A program made the translations under genes and the position numbers. A stretch of 64,000 bases of DNA from the NCBI RefSeq assembly GCF_009914755.1, contig NC_060932.1; one strand, written 5' to 3'. The notes beneath the pieces are model-generated. The model ran no database searches, was not told the DNA's origin, and saw nothing but the letters and a program-made list of their open reading frames with translations. Positions 11,760 to 27,717 of this stretch are shown piece after piece. The DNA comes from the human T2T-CHM13v2.0 reference genome, Homo sapiens. How positions within the stretch are numbered: the first letter of the stretch is position 1; each line of letters starts with the position of its first letter.

Positions 11760-12625
11760 CTTCTATTCACTTGTTTCCATTTCCTCTTGAATCTGCTCAA
11801 TCTGGAGTTTGCCTCTGGCACTCACCAAACTTCTCTAGGTCACCAGTGGTGTACATATATTGATAACTCAATAGTAATCACTCAGTTTTCCTCATATTAG
11901 GTCTATCAGCAATCATTAGCACAAATTCTTATTTATTCTTTCTTCTTGGGGAAGATACCACATTCTTCTGTGTTTTCTCCAACAACCACATTCTCTTTTT
12001 TTAAGTCACTCATTCTAGTTCTTTCTGTTTTAATCAATCTCACAAATGCTGGAGTACTTCAGGACTGAACGCTTGGAACTCTTCTTTTCTCTGTAAACAT
12101 TTACCCTCTTTTAGTACTTTCATCCAGTCTTTTGTGCATAAATAAAATACATATTTTGATGACTTCTAAATTTCTACCCCAAACCTAAATTTTCCTCTAG
12201 AAATTGTGCTATCACTATTCACTCCACATTAGAAAAAATGGATTCAGCATTGATTAACCTAATACAGGTTTGGCTTGAATGTCATATCACTGGAGACTAC
12301 ATGAATCACCTGTTTAACATTGTGCACCCCCGCCCACAATCCATCTACCAACTCCTCTTGCTTACTTTGTCTTCACATAATTTAACACTACCTTATTTTT
12401 CTCTTTTTGTCATTCTAACCCTTGTCCTTGATCACCTCTTTCATTGCATCATTGTTATTATCCTTGTCATTACTATAACATACATTTCCCTTATATTATA
12501 ATAACGGAAATAATATAATAAGTATTAGATATAAAAGACAAATGCATTAACACTGTAAGCTCCATGAGAACAGTATTTATATCCAATACTTCCTACTCTG
12601 TAATTGGCAACATAATATAAATATT
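11760..12625 (+). mobile_element. L2 fragments
   Basis: Degenerate L2 motifs (ggtcaccagtg, tgctggagtacttcagg, actgtaagctccatgagaacag, aataaatattcattg). Confidence 0.5.
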
Positions 12626-13158
12626 CATTGGGTGATGAAAGTATGTTTTGTGGAGAACGCTCATTCATTTTAGTATGTCATACATTAATACTTAGAAGCT
12701 CTCTTCATGTGACTGAAAGCATGAGTAATATATATACAGTAATGATATATATGAGTAATATATAATATATACATTATTAATCTGTGTTTCAATAACGTAA
12801 GAGCGTGTTCCAAAATTAATCTTATGATTTTACATTATATATTGCACATTATATATCATAAATAGTACAAATTAAATATTATGTTATATACAATATATCC
12901 AGGCCTAAGAAGAAAAATTATATAGAAGGAATCAATTATCATTGTTTTGTAGATCTGACTGAACTCCTCATTAGCTGATTTCTCCACGTTTTATGCTTGG
13001 ATGTTATATAGAGAAAACTGATCCATCACGGTGAGTCTATAAATATGGTATATGATTCACTTTTCTATATATACATAATTATTAACCTGATTAGTTTAAT
13101 CTTTTCTCTCCAGTGAATAGCTCCCTGATTAGTGTATGTCTTTATGGTGTATATCTGC

Positions 13159-13196
<38 letters not shown>
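13159..13196. repeat. (ATCT)9 tetranucleotide STR
   Basis: Direct reading; uninterrupted. Confidence 0.95.
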
Positions 13197-14617
13197 ATTT
13201 CTGATTTTTCATTATTTCACTGTTTCACAAAAGCATTATTGTGAAATAAATATTGACATTGTTTTCTCTTCTCATTATTTTTAATGTCCCATGGTCAGAA
13301 AACCTCCATGACTAATGCCACCTTACACATTGCATTTAGTGTTGGCTTTTAAACTTGTTCATTTAAAATTGAAAGTGCTGATTTTAGCCATGCGTTCTTC
13401 AATTCTAGAACTTATATGCACTGAATAGAGAAAATTTGGGGAAAATTCAGACAGTTTAATGTCATATATCCCATATGCCAATAGGTGCCACCATTGCACT
13501 GTGACAACCCTTTATGCTGTGGTAACAAAGAAAATTTAAGTATGAAATAATTAAATATAATTTGGGGGATATATGCAGCACTTAGTTGTTTCTCTCCCCT
13601 TGCAATAGAAATGGAAAATTAATTTTTCATGGAAGAAAATTTCTTGCTGTTATTCCATGTAGTTATGTTACTAATATAACCAAAAATGTTGCTAGACAAC
13701 ATTCCTGCGAGTATTCTAAACTTTTACAAACCCCAATTTTTTATTAAACAAAAACTAAAAGAAAATAAGCAAAACAAAGCAAAGGCCCACATCAGATTTA
13801 TGTCTCATGTCTGTATTTACAAGTCTTTCTCTGAAAGTCTTTCAAAATTAATCTCTTGCTTAAATTTTACCATAGAAATGTAGTAATACTGTATAAAGTA
13901 ATTTAATGATGTCACATGAAGTGTCTATTTAAAAAGCCATAAGGTCATCAGACATGAAACTCAAACTTTATGTAGAGAGAAACAATAGGCAATCATTAAA
14001 AGTAATTTTCTCTTTTGTGTTAGTGAATACATTCAGTTTACAATTTGCTGTCCATTGTATTCAAAGATAACATTCCTATTACCCTCATTGCATTTTCTTA
14101 CAATTTCTGCTAAAATTAATTTGTCATTTATAGTTTTATTTTTCCAGAAAAATTCTACATACTGCCTTCTAATTAGTGGTTTGTGCTATCATTAGTGATA
14201 TTCATCTTTCTTCTGTTTTTATAGAAAATAATCTCAGCTGACATAGAAATTTCTCCAAAATAAACTTACTTATATCTGAATGCCCCGTTCCAGGTTAATT
14301 TTCCTACCCTTCGAACTTAACTGAAGCATACTTATGAGAGACTTATTTTAATAGAGTGAGCAAAAGTATATTCTATACTATTTCCTGCTTCAATTTTATG
14401 GAACCTTAATCAACGTTGCTCAAATTTCTATGCTCATGTATTTTTTAAAATTCTCTCTATAGAAACATGGGCATAATTTCCTCTGAATACAATTTTAGAA
14501 ATGGCAACAAAATTCAGAGTACTGTTAAATATAACAACACCATCTTTATCAGCTTTTAGTACATATCATAGCTCAGTAAAATTTTGTGATGTTGGAAAAT
14601 ATAAGAAATATGTTTGC

Positions 14618-14935
<318 letters not shown>

Positions 14936-15804
14936 TTTGCTTCATAAAGAATTACGAAGATAGACTTTTCCATGAGTTGTGAAATTTTATTGGAGTTTTC
15001 ATCTGTCTTTTGACCAAGATTTTACTCTTAAAGAAGGTTATATATTATTATTGGAATGCTAAGCCATCTAGTTCTTACCTCTCTAATTAGCTTACTTCCT
15101 ATTTTGCTATTGATATTTTCAAACTCACTTGTTTGAAATGTATTTATCTTCAGGGTTCTGAAAGTTTCCACACATGTATACTAGGGGCAGAGATATTTAC
15201 TTTCTTCATGAAAATCAAGTATTTTGGATGAAATTTAAGTTTTTATGAAAATATAACAACTTTTTCCTCTTTCTCAAAAAAACAAAGAAGAAACCTCCCA
15301 ACACTAATGGTAGGAACCATGGGGAAAAAATGACAAAGCAATTGCTAGCTATTCCACTAAAAGAGCAGAACAATGGGCTATCCTATAGGCTAATCAAGGA
15401 ATTTATGCCATTACCAAAGCAAAGAGACTGCCAGATTTTGCTTGTGGTAGACTAAGACAACAGAGTATTTTTTGTTTGTTTGTTTCATTCTTCTATGTTC
15501 TGAGTGGAAGATTAAAATGCAATTTTCTTGTTTCAATTCCACATCATGTAATATGTCTATGCTAGGGAATGGAGATGAGAAAATAACTTTTTTTTTTTTT
15601 CAGTTTGTAAGACATCAATGCATACAGAACCATGGCCAGGCAGGGCAGAAAGGACTTTTAATTACACAGAGCTCCTTCAGTTTCAGCCAGATATTATAAC
15701 TCACGGCGTTGTTAATTTTCTTCCTTAGGAATGATTAGTGTTCTTTCTGTGGAGGAAGGGCATAATGGGTACACTCAGATCCAGACTTTAGGTAGAAGAG
15801 GTCA

Positions 15805-16276
15805 TCATAGCAATTACTGAACTATGCCCAGTATCTATTCTCTCTTTCCCTCCCTCTCTCTCCCTCTCTCTTTCTGTTTGTGTGTATGCCTCTCTTTCCC
15901 CTCCCTCATTCTTGTTTGTTTGGGGCATGTGTGTGTACTTGGAGGGGCCGTAGCTGCTCATCAGAAGGCTGCATTTCTTAATTTCCTTTGCAGCTCATTT
16001 TAGCCATATGGCTTAGTTCATGCCTGAAGTATGAGAGTGAAAGTGATGTGAACAAATATCTGGGTAATTTCCTGGAAGTTACTTATTATAGACTTAATTC
16101 ACACTCATAATTGGAGCACCTTGACAATCCACATTGCCAAGAATGGTAGAACCATAGCATCAGTTGGACACTTATTTTTTTACTAGTATGCATGAGAAAA
16201 ATAGTATCTGTCTTTGACAACCCTCTGCAATTTAGTTTGTCTTCTAACACTTTAGTCACTGAACCTCCAATAATAC
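15805..16276 (+). mobile_element. Old ERVL-class LTR (LTR16/LTR33-like)
   Basis: ctgcatttcttaatttcctttgcagct...gccatatggcttagttc...aagtgatgtg and a taataca end resemble ERVL LTRs. Confidence 0.45.
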
Positions 16277-16867
16277 AAGTATGGTGCTATAATTTTTCAT
16301 ATGCTATTGCTTTCAAGTAGTTAATATTTTATTTACGACTTTTAATAAACACAAGCAAAATTGGCTTATATTATTCTCCTCTCATTCTTATCTGTTTTTG
16401 AAATTATCATTTGGTTCAACCTGAGAAAGCAAATTACAATAAAAAAATTATCATTTGGTTAGTTTAATAATGTACATGTAGATATTGTATTTAAAAATAG
16501 AAAGCAAATTTAGTCATTTTCTATGACTGAAATACATGATTTTTTCATGTATCATGCACTAAGGTTCACATTCTTATTTTCTTATGAATATAAGGCAAGC
16601 TGTTTTAGAACTTGTTATTTTTCAGTCAACAAGTCATAAAGAATATTTCTGGTGAATTAAATTCAAGAACATCAGAATGCACAGACTTTCTGGAATAGTG
16701 TGCATCAGTGCTAACCAAGAAATGTTTCTGAAGTACTAGAGATAATTATCTTACTTACTTTGTGAATCTGGAGGTATTAAATTTAGATCATTTAAAATAA
16801 GTGGTCGGAATCATATCAAAATATCCAGAAAATTCTTTATTTTATTATATTTTATTTATTTATTTTA

Positions 16868-17125
16868 CCAATGTTCATAGCAACTCTATTTTGCAAACAG
16901 CGACACGGTGGAAACAACCCAAATGTCCATCAGTTGATGAATACATAAACAAAATGTGATATATCCATATCGTAGAATATTATTCAACCATAAAAAGCAA
17001 TGAAGTACTGATAAATGCTACAACATGGATGAACCTTGAAAACATTATGCTAAGTGAAACAAGTCAGATACAAAAGGCCATGTATTGTATAATTCCATTT
17101 ATACCAGATATCCAGAATAAGCAAT
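16868..17125 (+). mobile_element. L1MB-type 3'UTR fragment
   Basis: atgttcatagca...ggaaacaacccaaatgtccatcagttgatgaat...atgctacaacatggatgaaccttgaaaacattatgctaagtgaa. Confidence 0.85.
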
Positions 17126-17184
17126 AGAAGAAGAAAAGCTAAATATTGAGCTCTTGCCACATGCCAGATACTGTCTGAAATTCT

Positions 17185-19143
<1,959 letters not shown>

Positions 19144-19352
19144 TTAATGTTTTTGAGTTATACTTTTAATAAAAAATTACTTGCCACTGATTAAAAATAA
19201 CAGTAAAGCAACTGTTCTGATCAAATAATGACATGTTTATTTTAAGACATATTTAATAGCCTGGTGAATTAATACATTATTTATACCCAGCAACTACCAT
19301 TTCACTTTTTCACAAATGTTACTAGATTGCGGAAAATTAAGAATAATAAATT

Positions 19353-19408
19353 AGTAAATAATCTCAACTATATTTCAGAGTAAATAATCTCAACTTACTC
19401 TATTTCAG
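19353..19408. repeat. Imperfect ~26-bp tandem duplication
   Basis: agtaaataatctcaact...atttcag occurs twice in tandem. Confidence 0.85.
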
Positions 19409-21087
19409 ATACATAATTTATATTAGCAATATTTGACTATTCAAAAATAAGTTGGAAATTTTTGTTTGGAACTATATCTAAATTCTACTACAAAAGCATA
19501 TTGAGCAAGTTATTATTTGTTGCGGGAAGTAAAATTTGTTTATCATGTTTTGTAATAAAAGCAGTATTGAAAACATGTCATTAAATAATTCATATATGTT
19601 TTTCTCAGTATGGGCCAGCTCAGAAAATGGTCTAGGCAAAATGAAATTACATTCAAATTTCTGAAAACATACTTATAAGCTATTTCTTGTCTCTAGAGCA
19701 TTATATATGTCCACAATTGTATAACTATTTTATAAGTAAAAATGAATCATGCAAATAAATATTATAGTTATCTTCTAAAACTAATATAGTTTGTGGCTGG
19801 CTTACATGTGTCACATACTCTATTTCCTTTGAGAATTGCCAAAAAAAGACATTTAAATGGAAGCTTAAACATTGAATACCTGCACATACTAAATGTAAGT
19901 TACAAGGATATTCATTTAACTGTGATTTTTAAATTCCTATCTACATTGTCTCTGAAGATCCGAGTGAATGAAACAATTAAAAATAGGGTAATCTCATAAA
20001 AAGCACTACATTCAACAGAGTGTGACGGAACCATTAAATAAAACCATCTTACTGTGGAGTTATGATGTACCAACATTTACTGATTTAAGTAGACAATGCC
20101 TTAATTGCTATGGGCAAGAATGTAAGAGTTTTCTGGTTAACAAAATGTCTATAAAATATTAATAATACTTTTTGAAGCATAATCTATTCACTAAAGCCAA
20201 AAAGTATATGCATCCTATAAGGTTTTACATTATTTCTATATTTTGAAATACCTAATTCCATGCTTTAATATGTACAGGCAGTTCAATGATACTTGAATGT
20301 ATGCTACAATCTAGGCACTGTGATCAGTACTGGAGTTAGGAAAAAACGTAAGATGCTTTTTTTTTTCTGCAGTCAGGGGACTTATTTTTGAAAAGTCACC
20401 AGTGCTGTAAATATATGTTTGCATATTGTTTCATACATTATAAAGTAATCTCACATTTAACCTATTTGACTCTAAAAAAAATTTCCTGTGGTTCATAATA
20501 ATCATTCCCATTTACAAACACAGTCACTCAGATTCTGACAATAAAAGTATAAGTTTACAATAACTTTCAAGAAACATGCAAATACATATATTTGCATGTT
20601 GGTTTTATTTCTAAATTCAGTGTTATTATTACTTCGTCACACTACTTTCATTTTAGTAAAAAACAGAGACTCAAATCCATCAAAACACCGGCCAATGTCA
20701 TATCCTGTATGGAAAATGAGGAACATGAAATCTGTTCTTAAAACCACCAATTCAGGATTATGTTCATTACTACATGGCCTCCTAAGTTTACTGACAAACC
20801 TAATATTATATGTCTAACTAGGTCTGCCATAGAGATGGCTAAGAATTTTATTTATTTTTTTAAATAACTCAAAATTAAAACAAGATCAAAAGTTACTTAG
20901 ATTCATCCTGTCCATTCTTTTCCATCAATTCAGTGGACTCACTTGATTTCCATGTTGGATTTCCATCTCTTCCTTGTGCATTTTAGTTATTTTTTTGAGT
21001 ATGCGAAATATTAACCATTTATGAAAACATTCTTTATAACAACGTATACATACACATTCACTTTTGACCATAAAAAATATTGTAAGG

Positions 21088-21380
21088 AGGCCGGATGCAG
21101 GGGTTCACGCCTGTAATCCTAACACTTTGGCAGGCTGAGATGGATGGATCACGAGGTAAGGAGTTCGAGACCAGCCTGACCAACATAGTGAAATCCCATC
21201 TCTACTAAAATAAATAAATAAAAACAAAATTAGCTGTGTCTGGCAGTGTGTGCCTGTAATCCCAGCTACTCAGGAGGCTGAGGCAGGAGAATCGTGTGAA
21301 CCTGGGGGGCAGAGGTTTCAGTAAGCTGACATTGTGCCATTGCACTCCAGCCAGGACAACAGTGCAAGACCCTGCCTCAA

Positions 21381-21414
<34 letters not shown>
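21088..21414 (+). mobile_element. AluS (Sg-like) with A/(TA)n tail
   Basis: gatcacgaggtaaggagttcgagaccagcctgaccaac; full dimer with poly-A. Confidence 0.92.
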
Positions 21415-21899
21415 GTAAGCAGTCTATCAAATTAAGTTAAAAATGTTACAGGTGGTCAATTGGTTGTTGTTATCTTTATGCTCACCAATATAATTTATTC
21501 TTTGGATACCATTTGTACCCTCAGCAACTTCAAATATTCTATATCTATTTCTGCATTCATTATATGATTCCATATATATACTCTATTTTCTCTGTTTAAG
21601 GCACCCATTAGTCCTACCTCTTTTATGAAAGCCTTTCAAAATGGCTATGTATTTATCTCTCTCTTCTTAACATGAAGCAGATAAAATGTGACTCAGCATA
21701 TATTAAGGAATTATTTTAGATCTTTTTTTCTTAAGTTTTTTATCTGGAAAGAATTTCAGATGATGATCAAAAATTTTGCAAAATCAATTAAAACAATTCT
21801 GTTCCTGCATATATATCCTGGAATTTAAAATAAAAGTAGAAAGAAAATAACAAAGCAAAACAAAAAGAAACAGTTCTAGTTACTTGTATATCATATTTT

Positions 21900-23390
21900 T
21901 AAAAACTTATTACAAAACCACAGTACAAATATGAAAGCCGGAAACATAACATAGATACAATACTATAATCTCTAGACTTAATTTACTTTTAATAGTTGTT
22001 TTACAAGTGTACTTTTTGTTGTCTAGGATTAAATCTAGTTGTCATGCTTTTTCATTCTCCTTTATTTTTTGTTTTCCCAGTCTTTTAAAAAATATTATGA
22101 TTTTTACATTTTTGAAAATATTGGCCACTTATTTTGTAGAATTTGAACTTGTGTGATATTTCTTAGTTATTATTTCTCAGGGCATCATATCAGCAGGCAC
22201 AAGGCATCAGATGTGCCATTGTTAGTTGTGTTAATTTTGTTATTTGGTTATGGGGTTGTCCACTAAGTTTCTCCACTGTTAACAACATTTCTACTTTAAC
22301 TAAAAATATGTTTTGCTGAGATTCTTTGAAATTTTTCTCTTACCATAATTTTCAATTATTTTTACCATCCATTGATAAAATTCATGTTATACCTATTACC
22401 ATAATGTTTGTCAAATGGTGGTTTTTTATTTATACTATATTTTACATTAGTTGTAATACTACTATAATAAAGAAATTTCCCTTATTTTTTAAAAAAAGTA
22501 TGCATTACATTGCTCATGTACATTAGTGTAGATTCATGAATTCTGATTTTATTTTTTGTGTAATACTCTAGTATGGACCATTATCTTTTGTGGCTCATAT
22601 TGTCTCATGTTTGGTTGGACATTATGAACCTCTTAAATTGATTTTCTATCTATTACACATCTTCATCATGCTTTGAATACTTTCATACGTTTTGGGACCA
22701 TTCTTATATTGGTTCTAGTTCCATTTTGAACATTTGTATGCTACTCCTGCAATTATCCATTTCTCCAATGAGTCTGGTTTCTAATTCTGGAGATGGAAAT
22801 TCACAAAATAATATCCAGGTCTTAGATATACTCATTGAGTTGTCACTACTTATCGGTCTTCTCAGGGAATAGAGATAAATGCATCACACATGCATACACA
22901 CACACATACACATACACACACACACACATCTCTCTCTCTCTCTCTCCCCCACCTCCCCTCCCTCCACCTGAGTTCACACTGACACCTGGTCCACAAGGTT
23001 TATTTTAGCCTTCATTTTTAAATTTTTATCTGCTTTATCTGACAGTGAAAAATCTACCTCTTATTATCCACATTTTGTTTGTTTAATTCTAGAATATAGA
23101 TTAAATAGTTGTGGAATTGCTAATCTATACCCCATGCAAAGCAAGCTACTTACTGCAACAACACAGTTGCTTATAGTTCTTTCTTTTAGTTTTATCAGAT
23201 ATAGAGAAAATACCATTTTCCAAAGTTACTTAAGTTAGTTCTTTTCTTCACTACCTCCACTCTCTTTTGTGTGCAATTATGATATGCATTTGTACTATGT
23301 TAGGTTCATTTGCTTTTGTGTGTTTTTCATTTTGGATCCTCTTCTCCAACTTGATTTTAATTATTGTTCTTTGAGCCTGTGAAACTAACC
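21900..23390 (-). mobile_element. Old L1MC/MD 3' region containing a (CA)n(CT)n microsatellite at 22893-22945
   Basis: Antisense L1MC-like motifs (ttggccacttattttgtagaat, agtttctccactgt, ccatttctccaatgagtctggttt, ctgacagtgaaaaatctacctc). Confidence 0.55.
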
Positions 23391-23629
23391 ACTATAGGCT
23401 TTAGTTTTAAAATATTGATAGGCCTCTTACATTTGTTTTTGCCTTATTTCTCTGGCCATTATAAACTTATTGAAGATAGAGATCAGAGAGATTTCATGTA
23501 AGTTCTTTTCTCCGAAGTGCTTGGGAAACATACAGACTTTGATAACCACTTATTTCTTAATGATTACAAACAGAAGAGAAATCTGAGTATCTGCACTATT
23601 TTCTCACAATAATTTCATGAACAAAACCA

Positions 23630-23820
23630 AGAGTAGAGATAGGTAATTTAAGGAATGGCACAGTCTTGGAACAAACTGCTTTGCATTCAAATCTTAGCTC
23701 CGAAACATAATAGCTTTGTAACCTGGATACAGTAAAATGACATATTTGAACTAGTTTTCCCTTCCATTAAAATGCAGATACTGTTAATTGTGATAATGGA
23801 ATATGATAACGTATAAAAAG
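23630..23820 (+). mobile_element. MIR
   Basis: ttcaaatcttagctc...tagctttgtaacctgga...agttttcccttccattaaaatg. Confidence 0.55.
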
Positions 23821-24957
23821 GTATCTCTCAGGAACTGCTGTTTGGTAACGTATCAGATATTACATATGAAATAAACATATGTGCTGTGTTCTTACAACCA
23901 CGTGATTGTTACTCATAATATGTTTAGCAAAGTGTGTTGCAATAGAAGTGGGGGACTATATGCATTTTTTTCTAAAAAAAAGTCCTTTCAAAATTGTTAC
24001 CAAAAGAAAATCGAAAGCTCTTTCAATCTGTCAAAATATTTTCTATTGCAAATGGCCACCTATTAATCTAAAGAGGAATTTAAATAATATCCAACACAAT
24101 AATAGAGGAAAAGGCTATAATTTAGAAGTAAAAGAATATTCTAATCTAATGATCACTTATTTTTTTCTCATAAAATTGACTCCTACACTATTAAAGGTCA
24201 AGTCCATGTTTGTACAAAGGAGCTTTTTAAATAAACACTAAAGAGGATTTTCCAACCCTTTAAATTGTTAAATCAAGAGATATAATTTTTCATACAATAA
24301 CAAGGCTTTTAACTAATACTATGAGAGTTAATAATAATCTTCCTACAACTAATATCACACCAAATATCCAGTTTATCATTCATTCATTTGTGAATTCAGC
24401 CATTTCTTATGGAGTTTTCACTACCTGTGAGGCATTGACTTAATTCATTGTGGTATAGAAATGAAAGGCATTGTCCATGACCTACATACTACTGAGGAGG
24501 GTATATATGTCAGGGTATTCTTACATACAAATTATCTGTATAGCATATCTTTTCAAAGTTACATAGATATAACAGAATTAAATCAATGTTTTCTTTTTAT
24601 TTTTTTAATACAAATAATGGATTCCTTACAGTAGGTAATAGGTAAAAACACTTAGAAAAACTCGCAACAATTAACTCTGCAATTTAATATAATAATGGAC
24701 TCAAGCTTGAAAACTGCTGATCAGATAACTTAGGTGGAATGTTTCTTAACCTGGGTAAACTTAAACAATATTATGTTTCATTATTGTTACAGCTTATATT
24801 TAAGAATTGACTTTCTGTACATTGATAGTAGATTAATTTCCCAATGTTTTTCTCTGTTACGGAGAGATGGAGAAAAGAGTAGAGTGAGAAAAATATTGTG
24901 TAAGGTCCTCATGGGAAAGTTTGCTTATTTTCAAGTCAAAACCTCACTTTGGAATGT

Positions 24958-25549
24958 TGACACAAATAGTATTGACCAAGAAGGCCTTAACATTGTTTCT
25001 CTCAGTTTGGCTAAACTTTAGACAGGTTTCTTCCTGACTGTACGCCCCTGAACTCCCAAACATCTACTTGCAGAAAACTTGCAATTATGAACACTTTCTT
25101 TTCCCCTTTAAGATGTACATCTTATTCTAGTCTCTGGCCAGTTCCACAACCCAGAAACCCCTTTCTCAAGGAAGATACTGCTATACTTGTCATTTGTGAC
25201 TGGCTTATTGCACTTAGCTTAATGGTCTCCAGGTTCATCCACGTTGTCAGACCTGGAAGAATTTCCTTCTTTCTAAGGTTGAATAATATTTCACTGTATG
25301 CATATGCTACATTTTCTTTATATAAGATATCTAAAATAGTCAAACTCATAGAAGGGAGTAGAATGGTTGTTGCTGGGGGCTTGAGGGAGGAGGAAAGTGG
25401 AAGGTGTTTAATGGGTATAAAGTTCCAGTTAGATAAGATAATAAGCTCTAGAGATCTGCTGTACAGCCTGGTGACTATACTTAACAACACTATATTATAC
25501 ACTTAAAAACTTTGTCAAGAGGGAAGATCTTGGGTTAAGTGTTTGTAAT

Positions 25550-25580
<31 letters not shown>

Positions 25581-25957
25581 TAAACATATACACACAGGCA
25601 TGCAAAAACAACAAGAAAAAATACTTACACAAGAAAGAGCATAGAGAAGCTCTTGGAGGTTATGGATATGATTATAACCTTAATTGTGGTAATGGTTTCA
25701 TAAGTATATACATATGTTCAAATTATCAAATTGTAGCCATTAAATATGTGCAGTTTTTTTTTTAATCTATTACAGCTCAACAAAGCTCTAAGAAAGAAAG
25801 AGCCCCTGTCGCCAATTATGCAAGGGAGTGTAGAAGCCTTTTGTAAACAATCAGCCATTACACAATATAGATGGCCTGATCACTTTGAACAAGCTCCGCC
25901 CTAATGTCCTCCAGTATTTTTCCAGTAGCTCACCACAGCACTTAAAATCTCTTTTGT
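24958..25957 (+). mobile_element. MER93-like ERV1 solo LTR, split by an L1 insertion (pieces ~24958-25172 and ~25790-25957)
   Basis: ctaaactttagacaggtttcttcctgact...agaaaacttgcaatt...ctttctcaagga, resuming at agcccctgtc...gatggcctgatcac...gtcctccagtatttttccagtagctcacc. Confidence 0.65.
25173..25790 (+). mobile_element. L1MA/L1MB 3' end with 5' inversion
   Basis: About 25173-25320 is antisense L1 3'UTR; about 25321-25790 is the sense continuation (atctaaaatagtcaaactcatagaa...). (CA)n at 25549-25576. Confidence 0.8.
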
Positions 25958-26332
25958 TACATATACTATTGTTTTAAAATGTGAACAATTAAAAAAATCT
26001 ATGGAGTAAATTTTAAATAATCTTTCAACCACCTTTTTCACTCTCACTCAAAATTTGATGATTATTTATTAGAATTACTTCAATATTTTTACATACATGC
26101 AAACATACAAATAAAATAGTTTTGATTCATTTATTATTTGTTCAGAATGAAATTATGTTTCATTGTGTTCTACTTTTTCTTTTACTCAGTTAACATTATA
26201 TTTTGAAGATATTCTAGGTTGAAGCACAAAGACATACTTTATTATTTTAATCTTTTCTATAATACCAAATTGTCTAAATTGGCCACAGATATTTTAAGCA
26301 TCCTTCTAGTGCTCAATATTTAGTAAGTTTTT

Positions 26333-26700
26333 TTAATTTTACTTTTCCATAAGTTATTGGGGTACAGGTGGTATTTTGTTACATGAGTAAGTTCTTTAGT
26401 GGAGATTTGTGAGAACCTGGTTCACCCATCACTCGAGCAGTATACACTGCACCATATTTGTTGTCTTTTATCCCTACCCCCCTCCCACTCTTTTCCCCAA
26501 GACCCCAAAGTCCATTGCATCATTCTTATGCCTTTGCGTCCTCATAGCTTAGCTCCCACATATCAGTGAGAACATACATTGTTTGGTTTTCCATTCCTGA
26601 TTTACTTCACTTAGAATAATAGTCTCTAAGCTCATCTAGGTCATTGCAAATGCTGTTAATTCATTCCTTTTTATGGCTGAGTAGTATTCCTAACTGTGAG

Positions 26701-26743
<43 letters not shown>

Positions 26744-27717
26744 TATATGATATATATGATGTATATGATGTTATCTTCTATAACTTTTATAGTTTCAGTT
26801 CTTAGGTTTAAGTCCTTAATCCATTTTGAGTTGATTTTGTATAATGTCAGAGATGAGGATCCAGTTTCATCCTCCTGCATGTGTCTAGCCAATTATCCCA
26901 GCACCATTTTGAGAAAAGGGAGTCCTTTCTCCACTTTATGTTTTTGTTTGCTTTGTCAAAGATCAGTTGGCTGTAAGTATTTGGGTTTATTTCTGGGCTC
27001 TCTATTCTGTTCCATTGGTCTATGTGCCTATTTTTATACCAGTACCATGCCATTTTGGTGACTATGGCCTTATTGTATAGTTTGAAATCAGATCTTCAAC
27101 ATAGTACTGGAGGTCTTAGCCAGAGCAATCTGACAAAAGAATGAGATAAAGGGCATCCAAATCAGTAAAGAGAAAGTCAAACTGTCCCTGTTTGCTGGCG
27201 ATATGATTGTTTGCCTTGAAAACCCTAAGGACTCCTCCAGAAAGCTCCTAGAACTGACAAAATAATTCTGCAAAGTTTCCAGATACAAGATGAATGTACA
27301 CAAATCAGTAGCTCTTCTACTACATCAATAGTGACCAGAGAATCAAGCCAAGAACTCAACCTCTTTTACAATAGCTGCCAAAAAAATAAAAATAAAATAC
27401 CTAGGCATATACCTAACAAAGGAGTCAAAATACCTCTACAAGGAAAACCACAAAACACTGCTAAAAGATATAATAGATGACACAAACAAATGGAAACACA
27501 TCCCATGCTCACTGATGGGTAGAATCAATATTGTGAAAATGACCATATTGCCAAAAGCAAGCCACAAATTCAATGCAATCTCCATCAAATACTACCATCA
27601 TTCCTCACAGAGTTAGAAAAAACAATTATAAAACTCATATGGAACCAAAAAAGAGCCTGCATAGCCAAAGTAAGACTAAACAAAAAGAACAAATTGGGAG
27701 GCATCACACAACCTGAT
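26333..27717 (-). mobile_element. L1PB1-like element with 5' inversion, internal deletion and 14-bp TSD
   Basis: Antisense 3' end (ttccataagttattggggtacaggtgg), antisense ORF2 26767-27091, sense ORF2 27092-27717. TSD tttagtaagttttt at 26319-26332 and 27718-27731. Confidence 0.9.
26700..26766. repeat. Compound (TA)n(CA)n microsatellite
   Basis: Direct reading. Confidence 0.9.

Noticed and set aside
15587-15800. Strong plus-strand poly-T acceptor (t13-cag)
   Set aside because: No convincing donor at exon distance.
25087-25506. Overlapping 139-aa and 126-aa ORFs on opposite strands
   Set aside because: They span an LTR/inverted-L1 3'UTR junction; chance ORFs with no recognisable protein family.
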